This document shows, piece by piece, positions 59,382 through 64,000 of a DNA stretch of 64,000 nt (position 1 is the first letter of the stretch; every line of letters begins with the position of its first letter). A program made the position numbers and the translations under genes. This DNA is from an uncultured Thermoprotei archaeon (GTDB taxonomy: Archaea; Thermoproteota; Thermoprotei; Thermofilales; B15-G2). The notes under the pieces are model-generated. The model worked only from the letters and a program-made list of their open reading frames with translations, did no database searches and was not told the DNA's origin. The DNA is taken from the NCBI GenBank assembly GCA_965367815.1, contig CBDUKN010000006.1, positions 1-64,000 on the forward strand, read 5' to 3'.

Positions 59382-60215
59382 GTGATACATGTGAACAAGA
59401 ATCTGTTAATAGGAATAGCCGTAGGTCTAGTAATAGGAATCATTGTAGGAGCGACAGCCTCTGCCGTGCTGCCACTCCTCCATAAACATAAAGAAGAAAG
59501 CTTACTCGAGAAAATTAAGAAAAGAGGAGTCTTGATAGTCGGGACTAGCGCTGACTGGCCTCCATTCGAGTACATTGATAAAAGCGGGAATTATGCCGGA
59601 ATAGATATCGAGATAGCTAAAAAGATAGCTGAAGCAATTGGAGTAAAACTTGAGATAAAAGACATTAAGTTTGACGCGCTTATTGCTGCTCTTAAGGGAG
59701 GAGAAATAGACATGATTATAGCTGACATGACTCCTACAGCTGAAAGAGAAAAGGAAGTTGATTTCTCTACGCCGTACTACTTAGATGTCTTTGTCTTCGT
59801 AGTACTCAAATCATCCAATATATCTTCTCTAGAAGACCTATACGGTAAAACAATTGGTGTTCAGCAAGGAACTATTCAAGAAGAATGGGCTAATGAGCAT
59901 CTTAAAGGCAAGTGCACTATTAAGAGCTATACTAAAGTCTACCCCGACATGGTCTTAGTTCTCGAGAGAGGAGATGTTGACGCTATACTAATATCTAAAA
60001 CTGTAGCAGAGGTGCTTATGGCTAAAGACCCTGAGCTCAAAATAGCTTTCCTAGTAAAGGGAACAGAGGAATACGCAGCTATAGCAGTGCCAGAGAATGC
60101 CGAGGACTTAAAGTATGTTGTAAACAAAGTAATCGAGCAGTTAAAGAGCTCCGGTGAACTAGACAAGATTATTCAGCAGGAAATAGACAAGTGGCTTAAA
60201 GAACAGGGCGGCTAA
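59382..60215 (+). CDS. Polar amino acid ABC substrate-binding protein
   Basis: VGTSADWPPFE, G.DI, FDALI, T.ER, DFS.PY, GVQQGT. Confidence 0.93.
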   Translation: MIHVNKNLLIGIAVGLVIGIIVGATASAVLPLLHKHKEESLLEKIKKRGVLIVGTSADWPPFEYIDKSGNYAGIDIEIAKKIAEAIGVKLEIKDIKFDALIAALKGGEIDMIIADMTPTAEREKEVDFSTPYYLDVFVFVVLKSSNISSLEDLYGKTIGVQQGTIQEEWANEHLKGKCTIKSYTKVYPDMVLVLERGDVDAILISKTVAEVLMAKDPELKIAFLVKGTEEYAAIAVPENAEDLKYVVNKVIEQLKSSGELDKIIQQEIDKWLKEQGG

Positions 60216-60236
60216 CATTAGTAAAGGGACCCTTAT

Positions 60237-60899
60237 ATGAATCCTGTATTTTTTATAATTGAGATACTGCCTTTTCTCCTACAAGGGCTCTGGATGACTA
60301 TCTACGTAAGCTTCGCTTCCTTTGCACTAGGCTTTCTGCTAGCAGTACTATTTGCTCCCCTCAGGATATTCGCAAAAGAAATAGCAGACCCACCTATCAC
60401 AGCGTACGTCGAAGTCTTCCGAGGAACCCCTGTACTAGTACAGCTACTCTTCATATACTTCGGACTACCCTCTCTAGGAATAAAACTAGACCCAGTACTC
60501 GCAGGTATAGTCGCCTTAGGACTAAATAGCGCTGCCTACCAGTCAGAAATCTTCAGATCTGCCCTAAAGGCGATACCCAACGAGCAAGTCTTGGCAGCAG
60601 AGTCTCTCGGGCTATCTAATATACAGATCTATAGATACGTTATACTGCCGCAGGCACTTAGAGTAGCTGTCCCATCACTCATAAATGAGATAGTAGCATT
60701 AATTAAAGAAAGCTCCCTCGTATCAATTATCGGCGTAGCTGAATTAACACGCCGCGGAGAATACTTAGTGGCCATAACATTCAAGCCCCTCGAAGTATTT
60801 ACTGCAGTAGCGCTAGTATACTTCATTGTCTGCTACACTACATCAAGGCTAGCTAAAGTAGTAGAAAAGAAATTTAAGATCCCCGGCTACAGAGAGTGA
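60237..60899 (+). CDS. Polar amino acid ABC permease
   Basis: FRGTPVLVQL, AY.SEI.R, ILPQA, IKESSL. Confidence 0.94.
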   Translation: MNPVFFIIEILPFLLQGLWMTIYVSFASFALGFLLAVLFAPLRIFAKEIADPPITAYVEVFRGTPVLVQLLFIYFGLPSLGIKLDPVLAGIVALGLNSAAYQSEIFRSALKAIPNEQVLAAESLGLSNIQIYRYVILPQALRVAVPSLINEIVALIKESSLVSIIGVAELTRRGEYLVAITFKPLEVFTAVALVYFIVCYTTSRLAKVVEKKFKIPGYRE

Positions 60900-60903
60900 A
60901 AAC

Positions 60904-61677
60904 ATGGCCTTCCTAGAGATCATAGACCTAGTCGCGGGATACGATGACAACATAGTCATCAAAGGACTCTCGATGAAAGTAGAGGAAGGAGAGAAAGTAG
61001 TTATCATAGGGCCAAGTGGCTCAGGAAAATCGACACTCCTAAAGTGCATCGTAAGGCTAGTTGAGCCTAAAAGCGGCAAAATATTCTTCAGGGGAGTAGA
61101 TGTAACATCAAAGGACATCGACATAAGGAAAATTAGACAAAGAACAGGCTTCGTGTTCCAAAACTACAATCTTTTTCCACACATGACAGTACTACAAAAC
61201 ATACTCCTTCCGCTCCGAGTAGTAAAGAAAATGCCTAAAGAAGAAGCCTTGAAGAAAGCACTATCAGTCCTGGAGAAAGTAGGAATGCTAGAGTACAAAG
61301 ACGCATATCCGCTCCAGCTCTCGGGAGGACAGCAGCAGAGAGTAGCTATAGCAAGAGCACTAGCAATGGACCCTGAGCTAATGCTACTAGACGAACCTAC
61401 TTCAGCTCTAGACCCAGAGCTAGTAGACGAAGTACTAGACATATTGAGAAAAGTAGCTAAGCAGGGAATAACACTCCTAATAGTAACACATGAACTAGAC
61501 TTCGCCGAAGACGTAGCAGACAGAATAATATTCATGGAAGACGGAAAAATAGTAGAAGAAGGGCCACCTCACAAACTACTCTACAACCCAGAGAAACAAA
61601 GAACAAAACTTTTCTTAAGAAGGATACTAAAGAGACTTCACAATAAAACTATAAACCAAGAAATAAACAGCAATTAG
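60904..61677 (+). CDS. Polar amino acid ABC ATP-binding protein
   Basis: GPSGSGKST, LFPHMT, LSGGQQQRV, DEPTSALDPE. Confidence 0.95.
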   Translation: MAFLEIIDLVAGYDDNIVIKGLSMKVEEGEKVVIIGPSGSGKSTLLKCIVRLVEPKSGKIFFRGVDVTSKDIDIRKIRQRTGFVFQNYNLFPHMTVLQNILLPLRVVKKMPKEEALKKALSVLEKVGMLEYKDAYPLQLSGGQQQRVAIARALAMDPELMLLDEPTSALDPELVDEVLDILRKVAKQGITLLIVTHELDFAEDVADRIIFMEDGKIVEEGPPHKLLYNPEKQRTKLFLRRILKRLHNKTINQEINSN

Positions 61678-61767
61678 AGTCAAAACAACTAAATACTTTA
61701 ATCAACAATAGTGAAAATATCGACTCAAATAAGTAATGGAATTACCGCTATTTATAATCGATATCAT

Positions 61768-62183
61768 TTACATTAAATGCGTTAACCATATTCTCTTCAC
61801 CCAGTCTATTTTATCGTACTCAGAGTCTTCTGAAGCAATAAACATAATGTTGTTTCTTTCATAGCTCCTAAGTGTAGTGCATCTGAAGGCTTTATATTGT
61901 AATCAGATAATATTTTTGCCACTTCAATGTATTCATCCTCTCCTAACTTTAGTATATTCACATAGGGTAGTATGGATGATTTGATAAAACTTAAAGATAT
62001 TCGATAAGGTATCTTATATTTTTTCCTAGATACATATACTAGTTCATTCGATACTAGTACATCTGTATAAGCTTTATATTTTCTCAATATATTGAAATAA
62101 AAGTTATCATATATTAGTCTTATCGTATTATCTGTAATAGTATTTAAGTATATAAACAGATTAGCATTAATAAATACTTTCAT
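61768..62183 (-). pseudogene. Inactivated VapC/PIN toxin
   Basis: VFINAN (first catalytic D changed to N), SDALH; a frameshift in an A-run near 61858 hides NNIMFIASEDSEYDKIDWVKRIW. Confidence 0.8.
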
Positions 62184-62442
62184 TCAAACTCCTCCTCTAA
62201 ATGAATTCCTGCAAGCTCGCCCGGCTTAAGTTCTCTCCTATTTTGAATATTTTTATGAGCTCTACATGTTTTTTGAGAGCCTCCCGAAGTTTTTCAATAT
62301 CCACTTTTCTAATAGGCTTAAGTAAAATACAATCCTTGATTTCAACAATCAGTTCATCTCCCTCTTCAATACCCACAGCCTCACGAACCGCTTTGGGAAG
62401 AATAACATAACCCTTTTTACCAACCTTTATTTTCAGTGTCAA
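62180..62442 (-). pseudogene. Frameshifted AbrB/MazE antitoxin
   Basis: KVGKKGYVILPKAVRE..GI.EGD; a shift in an A-run near 62252 hides the C-terminus RELKPGELAGIHLEEEFE*, which would overlap the toxin ATG. Confidence 0.8.
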
Positions 62443-63159
62443 ACCAATTTCACCTACAGTTAAACTGAAGTTAATCTATATAAACTTTTTCTATTAAAAT
62501 AGTTGTTTGCACTAACAATAATTTAAATTTATTTAGTTTATCTTCATTTCACAACTACTAAAATAACTCTATTTGTTTTTAGAATAGTTTAGCAATAACT
62601 ATATAGTTTTAGGCCTTAATTGAGCCAACTCTGCAGAAAATCCAGCGTCTTTTCTCCTAAACTCATCTAAAATTACTTTAGTCCTACCTTTACTGAAAAA
62701 TATATCCACCCAATTTCTTTCTTAAAAATTCTTTAGGCAGATTTAGCTTATTTCCTTTAGTCCTCAGAACATGTAGTACCTTTATCACAGCTTCTTTACT
62801 TAACTTTATGACAAATAATGAATAAAAATAGATTAAATTATTGTAGTGAATAACTTAATGGCTTACTTTAGCTATTATTACTAAAATACAATTACTTTCA
62901 TAAAGATTTTACTTTCATGTCGGAGAAACTTTATAGAAAAAGAATATCTAAGAAAATTCTGCTTTAAAATTTAATAGAAATTATCTTATATAAAAATAAA
63001 ACAAATAGTTAAGCATATACTGCAAGCTAGTTATATAACTTTGTTAAATACTAACACTAAAAATACATGTACTTGAAATCTTTTTACGTATTCTACAATA
63101 CAAGTACAGCATTTTGAGAAAATGAGTTAAGAATATATTTCATCACATGTATCTGAATT

Positions 63160-63405
63160 ATGTCTCAAGCTAGCATAATAAATTTATTATCTGAGCTAGA
63201 GAAATGGCTGCGAAATAAACTACACAATGTTAAATGCCCTGCATGCGGACACATAATAGTCTCAAATCATCCTCCTCAGTGGGTTAACGAGCATTTACCA
63301 CATATAACAGTAGGAGAAGAAGAAATTTCAGTAAGCTATAGATGCAAAAAGGGAGGCCTTATAGAAATCTGTAGACTTCCTAGAACAGTTGAAGAAAAAA
63401 TTTAG
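63160..63405 (+). CDS. Small Cys-containing (Zn-binding?) hypothetical protein
   Basis: 81 aa with CPAC and two further Cys, in an AT-rich region. Confidence 0.5.
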   Translation: MSQASIINLLSELEKWLRNKLHNVKCPACGHIIVSNHPPQWVNEHLPHITVGEEEISVSYRCKKGGLIEICRLPRTVEEKI

Positions 63406-63766
63406 TGGAAATACTACAAGAATATTTGAATAGTTTAAGATAGTTTTATTTAGATAAATATATCACCTAGAATACTAGTTCTATCAATTTTACTTCAATA
63501 GCATCTCTGTTTCTGAGAAAACTGATGCTTAAAGGGCATCTGTATACTATATTCAGTAACTTTAAGGAATCAACATTACGTCGCATGTTGCTAAACTACC
63601 TAACTTTCTTCTATGATTTCATCGAAGAAAAATAGAGCTTATTGGCCATAGCAGTATTAAGCGGTAAATTATTTTGAAATAATGATTTTGAATTTATTTT
63701 ATTCAAGAAAACTATAAATTCTTGTATGTATCATTTGATGCGTGAAGATGCGTGAATTTGATTTAG

Positions 63767-64000
63767 CTAGAGTACTTAAATATCTTTATTCTGCACGGGA
63801 AGCTTGTTATGAAATACTATTACATGTTAAGGATGAGTCTACTACTTATGGTGAATTGAGAGAACCTTTAGAAAAAATAAGCCTTTATTTGAGCCCGCTC
63901 GAAGGATTACATAGAGTAGTAGACGAAATAATTAGTGAAGTACGAGACTATATTGAATTGTATAAGCTGAGAATTTTTGAGAAAGTTAGTCCCGAAGATA
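63767..64000 (+). CDS. Open frame running off the window, start unclear
   Basis: Open frame ...YEILLHVKDESTTYGELREPLEKISLYLSPLEGLHRVVDEIISEVRDYIELYKL... reaches the window end. Confidence 0.35.

Noticed and set aside
63420-63660. AAA/DUF4143 remnant on the minus strand (FFDEI and AIEVK fragments)
   Set aside because: The fragments are too short and disrupted to support a call.
63737-63756. Tandem 10-mer GATGCGTGAA x2
   Set aside because: Only two copies; most likely a slippage duplication.
1-64000. Numerous antisense ORFs in the track (e.g. 8123-8467, 17056-17460, 37048-37515, 40891-41349, 54117-54620)
   Set aside because: They lie opposite well-supported genes and are Ser/Leu/Phe-rich shadows with no motifs.

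Overview
AT-rich (roughly 38-40% GC by eye), gene-dense archaeal chromosomal segment. A tetraether lipid synthase, an archaeal-type TyrRS, TrmB/stand-alone Lrp/KaiC/V4R regulators, and frequent GTG/TTG starts with TATA boxes about 25-30 nt upstream suggest a Thermoprotei/TACK-type thermophile (inference). It contains a group 3b [NiFe] sulfhydrogenase operon, tes, nnr, tyrS, a nadA-nadC-(truncated)nadX operon, an NAD kinase-wHTH fusion, five ABC systems, a Ser/Thr kinase-FHA protein, a solo Cas4-like nuclease, a KaiC/V4R neighbourhood, several frameshifted pseudogenes and one candidate C/D box sRNA. No rRNA, tRNA, CRISPR array or transposase was seen. The best candidates for undescribed biology are four. 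(1) An ABC importer with two ATPases (one with a degenerate signature), an embedded PhoU-like DUF47 gene, an SBP of the type usually fused to vWA domains and a doubled ModB/CysT-like permease, next to a kinase-FHA gene. (2) An NAD-kinase-HTH putative regulator near nad genes, with palindromic operator-like repeats upstream of both. (3) A hydrogenase large subunit that has lost both side-chain ligands of the C-terminal Mg site. (4) A surface protein carrying a ~330-aa coiled-coil insertion. All family assignments come from motif recognition by eye; no database search was run.
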